Notes under the pieces: model-generated
What the model was told of the DNA's origin: nothing
The model's database searches: none
The model's input: the letters and a program-made list of their open reading frames with translations, nothing else
IMG/VR virus record: IMGVR_UViG_3300042261_002385
Span: 372,001-436,000 of that record
Length of the DNA: 64,000 bases
Strand: one strand, 5' to 3'
Translations under genes and position numbers: made by a program
Part shown: piece by piece, positions 29,845 through 40,553 of the stretch
Position numbering within the stretch: the first letter of the stretch is position 1
Layout: every line of letters starts with the position of its first letter

Positions 29845-31332
29845 CTAAACTCTATTAATTCTGAATTGCTGAATAGTATCTATCCAATTACCACCCCAAT
29901 TAATTGTTCCACACAAATAAGTAGACGAACCAGCTGGACTTAATTGATATGTTTCACCAATTATGTCTAAAGAATAAAGCACGTATTCATAAGAACTATT
30001 ATAGTCTAATTCAGAGCCTATAATTCCCACAATCCACGGTGCGTCTTCAAGCAAGTAAGCTCCGTTTTTATAATAAACATAAACAGTCGTTGGTATAGTA
30101 ACGCTAGCCGGAACTAAAACAGTAGAATCTAATTTAGTTAAAAATTCAGTCCAATTCAATCCTTCTTGATAATAAATAAATTTATTATCAGTATTGGTGA
30201 GAAAAGACCATTCTGACTCTGACACTGGATAAATCAATTGCTCACCTGATCCATAAGCTTCTATGAAAATACTACTAATTTCAGGACAAGCTCTTGGGGC
30301 ATCTATTGTTGTTGCTGAAACTTCATGAGATGTTGACTCTTTTGCCAAATTGAACACACCATCTATAGTAATCACGTGTGTTGTGCCATATTCTGCCGGA
30401 GGCTCAATAGTTAAATAAACATCGTTTGTTTTATCTTCGTCAGAGTTAATTTCTGTAACTGTAAGATTGTATGAAATTTCAGGTCCCGATGCAGTCACAT
30501 CATCAATAGTAAAAATTGCTTCACTATCACCACCCGAAACTCTAATCTGATCACCGACACGATATCCAGAACCACCAGAAACTATAGTTGCTGACTCAAC
30601 TGCGCCTCCATCAACACTTTCTATTAAAAAAATTGAATTTCCATTACCTCTATCAATTACTAATGTTTCTCCTGCTTGATAGCCTGTTCCCGCTGATATA
30701 ATTGTTGCTGATGTTAATCTGCCTCCTTCATGGGTCATTTCTAATGTTAGACCAGAACCACCAGGTGATCCAGTCACACTGCCTGTAAATGGATTTGTAA
30801 AACCACCTAATCCATCACCAGCAACAAATATACTACCACTTAGAACACGAGTTGGAGTAGCCGATACTAAGACTTGAGCAGAAGTTCCAACATCACTTAA
30901 TACATTGTATGTAGTTGATATATAACCTGAACCAGAAGTTAGAAGACTTATACTATTGATATAACCGTTAGCAAGTCCAGTGATAGAAATACTATCTGTT
31001 GATAGTAATGATGAGTAGATTTTATTTTTAAAATTTAAGTTTAGAGTTTGGAGATTTGAAAACTCTGCCGTAACGTCATTTCCTGTTGGAAGTGAAGTAG
31101 CTACATATCCTACTTTTTGTTTTTGTAACTGGGCAGCCACAGTAGGCGCTCCTTCTTCAAAAGATGGAAAAATCTTATAAGTTTTTTTATTAGAATCATC
31201 TTGAACATAAAGTGCTTCATCTATTCTATCCCATATTATTGAAATCATAGCATCTTCAGATTTTGTAGTAAAAATTACAATTTTTCTATTCTCTGAAGTT
31301 ATTTGACCCGCTCTTACTTCTCTATCAAACAT
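29845..31332 (-). CDS. Putative virion/fibre protein with G-S/T-G-Y repeats
   Basis: SGSGY, AGTGY, GGSGY repeats inserted into the scaffold shared with 28703-29806. Confidence 0.6.
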   Translation of the reverse strand: MFDREVRAGQITSENRKIVIFTTKSEDAMISIIWDRIDEALYVQDDSNKKTYKIFPSFEEGAPTVAAQLQKQKVGYVATSLPTGNDVTAEFSNLQTLNLNFKNKIYSSLLSTDSISITGLANGYINSISLLTSGSGYISTTYNVLSDVGTSAQVLVSATPTRVLSGSIFVAGDGLGGFTNPFTGSVTGSPGGSGLTLEMTHEGGRLTSATIISAGTGYQAGETLVIDRGNGNSIFLIESVDGGAVESATIVSGGSGYRVGDQIRVSGGDSEAIFTIDDVTASGPEISYNLTVTEINSDEDKTNDVYLTIEPPAEYGTTHVITIDGVFNLAKESTSHEVSATTIDAPRACPEISSIFIEAYGSGEQLIYPVSESEWSFLTNTDNKFIYYQEGLNWTEFLTKLDSTVLVPASVTIPTTVYVYYKNGAYLLEDAPWIVGIIGSELDYNSSYEYVLYSLDIIGETYQLSPAGSSTYLCGTINWGGNWIDTIQQFRINRV

Positions 31333-31383
31333 TTGGTGGTTTAAAATTTTATTTATATATTAATATTATAATATATATTAAAA

Positions 31384-31950
31384 ATGAAAGGATTAATCGT
31401 TTTAGATATAGATGAGACGTTGATATCATCTAAGGTAGTTTTAGAAAATGAACTTGACACAATTGACCAAAACCAGTTTGATTTTAGCTTCACATTGGAT
31501 TGGCAGTCAGAAACATATTATGTTTTTATCAAAAAAAGACCATTTTTAGACGAATTTATAGAATATTTGGTCAAAGACTTTGAAATAGCAGTATTTACAG
31601 CAGCAGACAGAGAGTATGCAACAAAAATACTACAACACTTAGGTATATTTGACAGACTTAAATTCTTTAAATCTCGAGAGTCTTTAAGTATAGGGTTTGA
31701 CTGGTTTAAACTATTTGTTTACCTAAAAAAACTTAAATCAATACCAGATATAGATTTAAAAAAGACAGTCATAATTGACGACACTAAAGAAGTCGCAAAT
31801 AGAAACTCTAAGAATTTAATACATGTCAATCAATTCAAATGGAACAGAAAATCTTCTGAAAATGACGCTACACTTCTAAAAGTTATTTCTTTACTTGAAC
31901 AAATAAAAGACTTACCAGATTGGACCTCAGTTAAAAAAAGAATTGTATAG
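31384..31950 (+). CDS. NIF/FCP1-SCP-like HAD phosphatase
   Basis: VLDIDETLI, KKRPFLDEF, AVFTAA..YA..I, VIIDD, D..L. Confidence 0.85.
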   Translation: MKGLIVLDIDETLISSKVVLENELDTIDQNQFDFSFTLDWQSETYYVFIKKRPFLDEFIEYLVKDFEIAVFTAADREYATKILQHLGIFDRLKFFKSRESLSIGFDWFKLFVYLKKLKSIPDIDLKKTVIIDDTKEVANRNSKNLIHVNQFKWNRKSSENDATLLKVISLLEQIKDLPDWTSVKKRIV

Positions 31951-31951
31951 A

Positions 31952-32317
31952 TTATTTAGACTGTTGTAATCTTTTAGTCTTTTCTTTTGACCTTTCACAT
32001 TTTACTTTAATATAATCATGAGCTCTTTTAAGTCGTTTTTTAACTTCAGGATCTTTCGAGGTTCTTACAGCAACTCTTAATCTTTGTTCTATCAAATTTA
32101 TAATCTGAGATTGACGCTTATGTGACTTACTCTTAAAACTTTGACTATTCAATGTCTTTCTGACATCTTCTAAAGTTCTAAACTTTACTGATACTGTATC
32201 ATCAGGATTTTCGTCAGTGTATAACCTACGAGAGGAACCTTTAGGCTTTTTTCCAGTTCCTACTAAAGGGTCTTTTTCTTCTGAGATAAATTGACCAAAG
32301 CTTTCTAAATGTATCAT
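31952..32317 (-). CDS. N-tagged basic protein (MIHLESFGQFISE)
   Basis: GTGKKPKGSSRRLYTDENP module; AATATATA (-) 32323-32330. Confidence 0.7.
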   Translation of the reverse strand: MIHLESFGQFISEEKDPLVGTGKKPKGSSRRLYTDENPDDTVSVKFRTLEDVRKTLNSQSFKSKSHKRQSQIINLIEQRLRVAVRTSKDPEVKKRLKRAHDYIKVKCERSKEKTKRLQQSK

Positions 32318-32334
32318 TAGATTATATATTATAT

Positions 32335-33339
32335 TTAGTAACCGAATACTCCTTTGTCTGCATTATAATTTTGTAAAACCTCATCTGGAGTTAAGGATCT
32401 TGTATAACAATAAACTTTAGATACTCTTCCATTTAGTAAATTACCACCAGGACTATAACAAGCTACATTTGTAGAACCGTTACCGGTATAAGCTGTTTTA
32501 ATAGTTGTATAACTACTATCTAATATTCCGTTTATATAAAGTTTCATTCCATCTGTTGTATTAAAAGTTAAAGCTGCATTATACCACTTGTTTAAACTAA
32601 ACGTAGCAGTTGATGGATAGTTAGAAGGAAATCCTGCCCAATTTGAATGACCGTTATACATTTTATTAGTTCCTTGAAAAAACATATAATGACCTCCAGT
32701 ATTACTACTTAAAACATTGTTGTCTTGATATGAATTTAAATAAAACCAAACAGATTTAGTATAAGATGTTGATGATAGAACCGCTCCTGAACCACTACCG
32801 TATTGATTAGAACCATTAAAGGTGAAATAAGCAGGTGATGTTGAAGTATATGTAGGATTATTAACAAGTGTAATGTTTTGAGTCGTGCCTGCTAAATCTG
32901 TCCAAGTAGTTCCTGATCCTGTATAACTTAAAGGATTACCAGCATCTAGACGTAAAGATAAATCAGTAGTGACAATTTGACCATAAGACGTCCAATATCC
33001 ATTTGAGTTTAAATAAGATAAAGCATTTGAAGCTGTTAAAAATGATTGACTCGTCAACTTTAAAACAGTAGATAAGAACTCAGCATCAGTAAATTGAGAG
33101 GTTCTTCTGAATCCTACCGATGTTCCTGAAACTATCACACTTCCAGATGCTGCTGTTTTTGGGCCTGTATAAGGGTATCCAATTATATATCCTAAATCTT
33201 CATCGGGTCCGTTAAACCAAGTCAATCCACCACAACCGGCTGTCCAACCAGTGGACTGAATCGATAAGTTTCCATACTGAGTTGATCCAGTCGGTGCACT
33301 TAAACTTGGATTATAAGCAAACGCTCTTGATGTTGGCAT
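32335..33339 (-). CDS. LamG/concanavalin-like virion protein
   Basis: LDAGNPLSYTGSGTTWTDL, FNGSNQY, KLYING, RSLTPDEVLQNYNA. Confidence 0.8.
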   Translation of the reverse strand: MPTSRAFAYNPSLSAPTGSTQYGNLSIQSTGWTAGCGGLTWFNGPDEDLGYIIGYPYTGPKTAASGSVIVSGTSVGFRRTSQFTDAEFLSTVLKLTSQSFLTASNALSYLNSNGYWTSYGQIVTTDLSLRLDAGNPLSYTGSGTTWTDLAGTTQNITLVNNPTYTSTSPAYFTFNGSNQYGSGSGAVLSSTSYTKSVWFYLNSYQDNNVLSSNTGGHYMFFQGTNKMYNGHSNWAGFPSNYPSTATFSLNKWYNAALTFNTTDGMKLYINGILDSSYTTIKTAYTGNGSTNVACYSPGGNLLNGRVSKVYCYTRSLTPDEVLQNYNADKGVFGY

Positions 33340-33349
33340 AGATTATATA

Positions 33350-34075
33350 TTATTTATATAATGTAGTATCTATCGTTTGTAGAATAAAATCACACACCAA
33401 TATATGTCCTCGAGCAGTCGGATGTATTCCATCTGATGTCATACTTTGTAGATCATAAGGCTCAATAAATTGACATTCGGTTAAATCTGATTTTAATTTC
33501 AGCTGTAGGTTTTTTCTTTTTTCAACATATGGAATCCAATCTGACCTTTTACTTAATAGATTTGCTGGTCTTCCGACAGGAAGAATGTTAATATCCATAA
33601 ACTTACCTTCAATCTTCCAACCTAAGTTAACCCAAACATCACAACCATGTGAGTTGGATATGTCAATCATTTTCTGAAAATTAGAAATAGTTGTCTCCAA
33701 AGGTATTGACATATTTGAAGCATCATTTCCACCACCATATAAGATAACACGGTCCCAATTTTTACCAGTCTTAAACATCGATTCTAATTTTTCTAACATC
33801 CATTTTGAAGTCTTACCACCAGAAGCTCCAACATCAACAGTGACACCATATGGTGATAACTTTTGTGATAAGTGATTAGGCCAAGTCCAAGTTATCTTTT
33901 GTCCAGAATTAGTTGTAACAGCACTTTGTGAATCACCTATAATAAGAATAGACATCGGTGGTTTAATAGTATCAGTTACAACCTGACTGTTTGTTTTGAT
34001 AAAACTAATTTGTTTCTCATCTCTTAAAACTCCAGAAAACAAAAAAGATAAAATTAAAATTCCAAGCAATCTCAT
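33350..34075 (-). CDS. Secreted SGNH/GDSL hydrolase
   Basis: Signal peptide; IGDSQS, GGNDA, DGIHPT. Confidence 0.85.
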   Translation of the reverse strand: MRLLGILILSFLFSGVLRDEKQISFIKTNSQVVTDTIKPPMSILIIGDSQSAVTTNSGQKITWTWPNHLSQKLSPYGVTVDVGASGGKTSKWMLEKLESMFKTGKNWDRVILYGGGNDASNMSIPLETTISNFQKMIDISNSHGCDVWVNLGWKIEGKFMDINILPVGRPANLLSKRSDWIPYVEKRKNLQLKLKSDLTECQFIEPYDLQSMTSDGIHPTARGHILVCDFILQTIDTTLYK

Positions 34076-34164
34076 ACGTTATATATTATAATTTTTATAA
34101 AAACAAAGTTATAAACAAATCAATTTTTATATCGTATAACCGTGATATAAAATATTTACTTATT

Positions 34165-34674
34165 ATGAAAAATTTAATTCTTACCTTAATTTTAAGCTTT
34201 GTGTCGACAATTTTGTTTTCACAAACATCACTTGATATCTATGTTGTATCAAATCAAGGAACTGGAGTTCCTGAATGTCCTTTCGGGTTAGTCGATACCT
34301 GGTCCAGTCAATCAGGAGCTGGGAATATGACACTTATTTCACAAGACTCAATCTTTGGAGCGCCGGTATACCACTATGAGATTCCAGATACCACTTATCC
34401 TATTTTAGTGACTATCTGTCTTTATGTTGGTTCACAACAACCACCATTTCCACCACAAACTCCGAACTGTGTAACATTGACAGTTAATGGTCCTATGATG
34501 GCTTATACAATTGTTGCAGATTGTGGACAACTACAAATAGAAGAAATTTTTACAGAAGATAAAATCGTAAGTATTACAAATCTTTTAGGTCAACCAATCA
34601 GTTGGAAACAAGAAGAACTTATGATTGTTAAATTCTCTAATGGAACTTATAAAAAATTATTCGTCAATAAATAA
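34165..34674 (+). CDS. Secreted protein with T9SS type-A-like C-terminal domain
   Basis: Signal peptide ..LFSQ; ITNLLGQ...IVKFSNGTYKKLF. Confidence 0.65.
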   Translation: MKNLILTLILSFVSTILFSQTSLDIYVVSNQGTGVPECPFGLVDTWSSQSGAGNMTLISQDSIFGAPVYHYEIPDTTYPILVTICLYVGSQQPPFPPQTPNCVTLTVNGPMMAYTIVADCGQLQIEEIFTEDKIVSITNLLGQPISWKQEELMIVKFSNGTYKKLFVNK

Positions 34675-34927
34675 ATGACTAAATCTGAAATCATTTCCCG
34701 TATTATTTTTTTAGAGTCTCAGATAACTCAAAAAATTATTAGTGATAGAAGTTTTAGAGCTAGTGACCAAGATGAGTTTAAAGAACATAGAACCGAATTA
34801 AGAATCTTAAGAGAAATGGTCAAAGATGAATTATATCCACCAAGCTATCTTCCTGATGGAAAAAATCCTCAAAGACCTAGTGTTGATTTAGAAATTAAAA
34901 AACCAAAACTAGATAATAAGTTATAAT

Positions 34928-35272
34928 ATGGACTATAAAGAAATGCAACTATTAACAAATCAAAAGTTTGAATCACTAGACTTTAAAGTAGGTGATATCT
35001 TTTCAGAAATGTTAGCTCACTGGAAAGTAATTATTAAAGTTGATGGTGATAGACTTACTGTTATTTCTGGTTCATCAAAAAATCTAAAATTAGAATCATA
35101 TACACCGAAAGAATTTAAAGAACATTGTTCTTATAAAAATATCACAGGTTATTGGATAGACTTTATGAAAAACGATACTAGAAGAGCATCAGACTATTTA
35201 GAAGCTTACTTTGAGCAAATAGATATGAGTCAAAAAGAAATAAGAGATTTCAAATTAGATTTAGTTCTCTGA
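34928..35272 (+). CDS. C-tagged hypothetical protein (IRDFKLDLVL)
   Basis: FKVGD motif. Confidence 0.65.
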   Translation: MDYKEMQLLTNQKFESLDFKVGDIFSEMLAHWKVIIKVDGDRLTVISGSSKNLKLESYTPKEFKEHCSYKNITGYWIDFMKNDTRRASDYLEAYFEQIDMSQKEIRDFKLDLVL

Positions 35273-35471
35273 AAAAAAATTTTTGATTATGAAAAAACAA
35301 TTTCTATTTATCGTTTTCGTTCTTTCTTGTGTTAATATCTGCACGTGTTTTATGATTGGTGATTCAGTAGCAGCAATTGCCTGGGTTACAGCAGCTATCT
35401 CTTCAATAGATCACTTTAATACTTTAAGAAGGTTAGACGATTAGTCTGTTTTACAACTAGATATATAGAGT

Positions 35472-36344
35472 ATGAAACCACTACTTACTCTTATTGCTAT
35501 AATATTATACACAAATTTATTTTGTCAACAATCACAAGATACAGTAAGTCTTAGTCCACAACAATTATTCGAGTTTAACTCTAAATGGAATAACTTAGGT
35601 GTATCACAAATCTACGTAGATTTCTCTAAAGATGTGCTGTCAAACTCTGATTTATCATTCGGAGTAGTTGGTAGAAAAGTATCGACTACACTAAATCTAT
35701 CATATAATATACAATCTCCAAATGGCAACTGGAGTCATATGATACTTAGTTCGATAAATCCTGTTTGGAAATACTATGGTTTAGGCTACGGATTTTCACA
35801 TACTACCGATAAAAGAGTTACAACATTACAATCAATGATATCCTCTGATTTCAAGTTTCAAAACAATATTAATTTGAATTTTATAGATATTTACAAAACA
35901 AAAAAAATAGGTAAACTGGGATGGGGAATAACCTTGTCTAAAACATACTGGGATGAATGGCAAGGACCGTGGGAAGGCCAATATATTGTAGACTCATTAG
36001 GTAATTGGGTTAGTAATATTTATCCTATCAATCCACCATCTAATCAATTATCAACTCGAGCTATAATAATGTATACATATACATTTAAAACAAAAATTGT
36101 TGATATATCACCTCAAACATTCATTACATCGGATATTCATAAAGTATTTAAAAGTCCTGAATTGCAAATTAGTTACTTTGATGATGTAAACCTGGATATT
36201 TACTACGGTGTTTGCATGAATTGGAAAATAACCAACAAGTTTCGACTTAATACTACTTTAAGATTTAATAACACATATGATAAACAAAATTTAGGATTCA
36301 AAAAAAGTAATCCTATCCTTTTTATGATTGGAACAAGTTTTTAA
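35472..36344 (+). CDS. Putative outer-membrane beta-barrel protein
   Basis: Signal peptide, alternating beta pattern, terminal Phe (FMIGTSF). Confidence 0.5.
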   Translation: MKPLLTLIAIILYTNLFCQQSQDTVSLSPQQLFEFNSKWNNLGVSQIYVDFSKDVLSNSDLSFGVVGRKVSTTLNLSYNIQSPNGNWSHMILSSINPVWKYYGLGYGFSHTTDKRVTTLQSMISSDFKFQNNINLNFIDIYKTKKIGKLGWGITLSKTYWDEWQGPWEGQYIVDSLGNWVSNIYPINPPSNQLSTRAIIMYTYTFKTKIVDISPQTFITSDIHKVFKSPELQISYFDDVNLDIYYGVCMNWKITNKFRLNTTLRFNNTYDKQNLGFKKSNPILFMIGTSF

Positions 36345-36895
36345 TTATCTAAGATATTACTGGAGACTTCAAAGTATTTACCATCAGTAGATCCTCCGAT
36401 ATTATCTAACTCTTCACCGTCATATAATACTTTAGAAATCATATCACCATAAAAGTAAGATGTGATACCAACTTCTTGGTCAACTATTAATTTTAGTTTA
36501 GATGAATCAAACTCTTCACACTCTATTTTAGATTCAAAGAAAGAACCTTTTTCACCACTAACACAAATTAAAAGCGGATCAGTTGATGTTTGATATCTAT
36601 CAACAAACTCAAAATTATCAACCTCATCAGAGTAAAGTTCTTCATCAGATATCTGAAAAACTTCATGACCTGATTCATCGGTCACACTTAAAACAAACTT
36701 ATCTCCGACACCCCAGTTGTGATAGATATCATCTATATCATAAAAAGATTTACCAAGTTTTTCATCTAAAACAATATCTTGTAAAGTAGATTCTTTAGAC
36801 AATTCTGAATTGATTATAGATATGTCTTGTTCTGATAATGTTCCAATAGTTACTTCAGCTCCATAACCCCAGATAGTAATAGTGAATTTTTTCAT
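36341..36895 (-). CDS. Acidic hypothetical phage protein
   Basis: ORF track; GYGAE..GGSTDGK. Confidence 0.65.
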   Translation of the reverse strand: MKKFTITIWGYGAEVTIGTLSEQDISIINSELSKESTLQDIVLDEKLGKSFYDIDDIYHNWGVGDKFVLSVTDESGHEVFQISDEELYSDEVDNFEFVDRYQTSTDPLLICVSGEKGSFFESKIECEEFDSSKLKLIVDQEVGITSYFYGDMISKVLYDGEELDNIGGSTDGKYFEVSSNILDN

Positions 36896-36943
36896 AATTT
36901 TGAATTTATTATAGTTATATCGAAAAATAATATATAGTTTTAT

Positions 36944-38281
36944 ATGATATCAAGACTTTCAACATTTTCGGGACCTATATCTACTATATTTAAAAAAATC
37001 ACTAGTTCTACTTCTGTCGTCACAAATGGTTTAGTTCTTTACTACGATCCAAGTAATTCACAAAGTTATCCAGGAACTGGAAATACTATCTATGACTTAT
37101 CTGGAAATTCACTTCACGGTTCAATGTCTAATATTAGTTTTACCAGTTCATATTTTACTTATAATGGAACATCATCACAAATATCTATAACCGATAATTC
37201 CTTACTAGAACCTGGAAGTGGTAGTTGGACAATGGAAGCTTGGGTTAATCAAACTGTTTCAGGAAACGATGTTGTATTAGGTAAATTTGATAACGGTGGT
37301 TTATCTGAAGATGTTAGTTATAGTCTTAGAACTACCGGAACTAACTATTATGGTCAATACAGTGATGGTTCTGGAACAGGTGCAACTTTATTTCAAAATA
37401 GTATTACTGTTACAGCAAGTGTTGGAAACTGGTATCAAATAGTTTTAGTTTGGAAAAACGGAGCAGTAAAAACGTTAGAAACGTTTGTAAATGGTCTTAG
37501 TATAGGAACTTCAAGTCACAGTTTGACTAGCTTAGTTAATACCGCAAACAACCTTTATATTGGAAGTTACAATGGTGGTGAGTATACTCAATACTTTGAT
37601 GGAAAAATTGGAGTAGTAAGATTGTATAATACAGCATTGACACAAGCTGATGTTTATCAAAACTTCTCTGCTGATGCTTCTAAATATGGTTTAGTATATG
37701 ATGAGATTAGAGAACAACTTACCGAATCACAAAGGATAACATATGACGCAGCAACTGATGGCAATTGGATTAAGGTAACACAGACTCAATATGATAATAT
37801 CGCAACTAATGTGTTAGGCACCACAAAATACCGAGATACTGACTCTAATTTTACAGCTGGATCATCTCAATGGGGTAGTCCTTTCTTTTTAGTGGGTGGT
37901 TCAGCAAGTTTCTATATACCGGCTGATAACTATATAGTCGCGTATAAATTTATTGCAGGTAGAACAAATGAAACCTACTCTACAAGAATTTATCAATCAA
38001 ATACTTATTCACCAACTGCCAGTTCTTGGACCGCACTTGGTGTGACTAACTCGTTTGTTACCGGAGCATCAGCTAACGAAGTGGCTTACTATGTAAGAAA
38101 GAAACCAAGTTCAGTTACTCCTATAAATGTATTTATAGCTATCTATTCATCTAACAATCTTAAACAAAGTGTTGGAACACCGACTTATCTTAGCTCTAAT
38201 TTTGGAACATCATTTACTACTTATGCTTCAACAAATTCACCAGCTTTACAAGTATTAGCGACTCCTACAAAATCTTGGTAA
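36944..38281 (+). CDS. LamG-domain virion/fibre protein
   Basis: GLVLYYDPSNSQSYPGTG, WTMEAWVN, FDGKIGVVRLYNTALT; AATATATA 36929. Confidence 0.8.
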   Translation: MISRLSTFSGPISTIFKKITSSTSVVTNGLVLYYDPSNSQSYPGTGNTIYDLSGNSLHGSMSNISFTSSYFTYNGTSSQISITDNSLLEPGSGSWTMEAWVNQTVSGNDVVLGKFDNGGLSEDVSYSLRTTGTNYYGQYSDGSGTGATLFQNSITVTASVGNWYQIVLVWKNGAVKTLETFVNGLSIGTSSHSLTSLVNTANNLYIGSYNGGEYTQYFDGKIGVVRLYNTALTQADVYQNFSADASKYGLVYDEIREQLTESQRITYDAATDGNWIKVTQTQYDNIATNVLGTTKYRDTDSNFTAGSSQWGSPFFLVGGSASFYIPADNYIVAYKFIAGRTNETYSTRIYQSNTYSPTASSWTALGVTNSFVTGASANEVAYYVRKKPSSVTPINVFIAIYSSNNLKQSVGTPTYLSSNFGTSFTTYASTNSPALQVLATPTKSW

Positions 38282-38285
38282 AATT

Positions 38286-38948
38286 ATGTTAAATAGAATA
38301 TCTAACTTTTCTGGACCAAAATCAGTAACATTTAAAAAAATAGCTGCAGCTACTGGAGCCGACTCAATTAGATCTTCTTTAAATGCTGGATCACAAACTA
38401 GATACGATAGTGCTACAGTTGGTGACTTTATAACTGTTTCATCAGCTGAATACGCTTCTGTTGTAACCGCAGTCACTGCAACAAAGTATATTATGACAGA
38501 TGCTGATTTAACCAGTTCATTTACTGGTTGGTCTACAGGATATAATGTTTCTTACCAAGATACAACAAAGTCTGAAGGTGCGATTCCTACATCAAATTAT
38601 ATAATAGGATATGCATTTAGTGGAGGATTTGGAGCAGGCAATATAACAACATATTTAAGAACAGGAACCGCTTCTAATAATACACATACAAAATTAGGTT
38701 CGAATATTGTTTTTGCACCGGGTTCTGGAAGTAAAACACTTTACTTCATAAGAAAAGCTCCTACAACAGCGACTTCCCAGAAAACATATGTTTCATTCTA
38801 TATGAATGGAACTAACTTAGGTCAAGTTTCAGGTAAAACAAATTATCCAATTTACTATAGTCAATTTATTGATACAAATACTTGGACCTCTTTTACTGGT
38901 GGTTATCCTACTTTACAGGTTATAGCAACTACAAATAAACTTTGGTGA
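38286..38948 (+). CDS. Paralog of 36944 lacking the LamG domain
   Basis: Shared N-term RxSxFSGP and C-term PxLQVxATxxKxW. Confidence 0.7.
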   Translation: MLNRISNFSGPKSVTFKKIAAATGADSIRSSLNAGSQTRYDSATVGDFITVSSAEYASVVTAVTATKYIMTDADLTSSFTGWSTGYNVSYQDTTKSEGAIPTSNYIIGYAFSGGFGAGNITTYLRTGTASNNTHTKLGSNIVFAPGSGSKTLYFIRKAPTTATSQKTYVSFYMNGTNLGQVSGKTNYPIYYSQFIDTNTWTSFTGGYPTLQVIATTNKLW

Positions 38949-38950
38949 TG

Positions 38951-39382
38951 CTACCCAATCTTCCAAACACCTAATAACCGACAACGCAGTTTAGTAGCAT
39001 CATTCGAGTTACCACCAACTACTTCACCATCTTTAATAGTAAACGCGTGGTGTGATACAACAATGATATAAGTTCCTTTATCATACCACTTAACAAATTG
39101 TCCTACTGTTTTAATTGAGCTATCTGAAATAGGTTTAATCGATTTACGACCTAATTTACGACCTTCATTGACCAACCTTTTCATAGTAAACATAAACTTA
39201 GGTGTGCCTTTTTTATCTGGTCTTAAAAATTCTTTCTTTACAAATTTATGAGCTTTATCATAATCCCAATCACAAGCCGCTGCAAAAGCACGAACTACAC
39301 AATCATTTTTTTCAGACTGAGCAATCTTTGATTCGACATAATTTTTGATAGAGTCTTTAGGTGAAGTAAAGTTTAATTTCAT
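38951..39382 (-). CDS. Hypothetical phage protein (NDCVVRA...HHAFTI), possible papain-like fold
   Basis: Cys/His motifs; host-type promoter 39401 (-). Confidence 0.6.
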   Translation of the reverse strand: MKLNFTSPKDSIKNYVESKIAQSEKNDCVVRAFAAACDWDYDKAHKFVKKEFLRPDKKGTPKFMFTMKRLVNEGRKLGRKSIKPISDSSIKTVGQFVKWYDKGTYIIVVSHHAFTIKDGEVVGGNSNDATKLRCRLLGVWKIG

Positions 39383-39490
39383 AGAGTGTAGTGATTTATA
39401 CAAAGATACAAAAATTTTTTAGATTAAAAAACTTATTTAACTATTGCTGTTTACTAATAATTCCTTATATTTGTAGAAATAATCACTACA

Positions 39491-39784
39491 ATGTCATTCG
39501 TTAAAATCAATCAGGGAAAAGTTGAACTTCGTAACTGTTGGGGTGTATTAACTCGATACATCACTGATAGAGCTAAAAGCTGTAATATAAATCAATCACA
39601 AGACCTTATCTTAGTTACTAAATTAAATGGTCAAGTAGAACTTAGAAAATCAAATGGTATGTTAGTTAGAACTATTACCAATGCGGCCGAAGATGCTAAG
39701 TTTCAAGGTGATGATATCTTAGTGATTAAATATCCAAAATGTGAACTAAGAAATCAATGGGGTGTCTTAATTAGAAAGGTTTAA
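39491..39784 (+). CDS. Three-repeat protein (VELRxxxGxLxRxI)
   Basis: Repeats visible in translation; host-type promoter 39466. Confidence 0.7.
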   Translation: MSFVKINQGKVELRNCWGVLTRYITDRAKSCNINQSQDLILVTKLNGQVELRKSNGMLVRTITNAAEDAKFQGDDILVIKYPKCELRNQWGVLIRKV

Positions 39785-40133
39785 TTGATAATCAAGTTTT
39801 GCTAATTATCTAGAATGGAATGCTCATAAACATCAGTATTTACAAGACTTTTAGATAAATTCTAAATAACACTATTATATATATTGTATTATGAAGAAAG
39901 ATAATTTAATTCCTATTGCTATCTTAATCGGTTGGTTTACGATTGTAATAGCATTTGCTATTTACATGGGATAAGATTAATAATATCTTATTTCTGTTAC
40001 TTTATGACCTGAAACCTTTTTGTCTGCTTAAAACGTTATTGAAAATAAATATATAATAAAAATTAGGCGGATTATGAAAGTGATAATCCAAACGAAGAGT
40101 ATTTCAATCTTAAAATAGTTGGATAATATCTAT

Positions 40134-40553
40134 ATGAAAAGAATTAAATCATTCATTTTGTTTGAGACATTTGATGAACAAGATGACGTCTATCAAATTA
40201 CCACTACTGTAAAAGAAATGTTATTAGAGTTAGACTTCTTAGATATTGAAAAAAGAGTTGATATTGTTAAAAATCATTCTAAATTACAAATTGATGAATC
40301 CCCTGAGATTATTGTAATTAATCTATGGAAGAAGGCAATTAAAAAAGAAGACTATGGATTTAGAGCTTCTTATCATTGGAATGATGTTAAAGATGTTATA
40401 GTGCCAGTTATTGATTATTTAGAAGCGGAAGGATTTACTTGGCAAATGGATAGGGGAACGCTTGCTTATAATGGAGTTCCTATTATATCTACATCAGGTA
40501 GTCAGCAATTCGATACTGTTAGGAGTAAAGTAGAAATGTGGTTTATAAGATGA
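40134..40553 (+). CDS. N-tagged paralog-family protein (MKRIKSFILFE)
   Basis: Close paralog of 51612. Confidence 0.72.
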   Translation: MKRIKSFILFETFDEQDDVYQITTTVKEMLLELDFLDIEKRVDIVKNHSKLQIDESPEIIVINLWKKAIKKEDYGFRASYHWNDVKDVIVPVIDYLEAEGFTWQMDRGTLAYNGVPIISTSGSQQFDTVRSKVEMWFIR

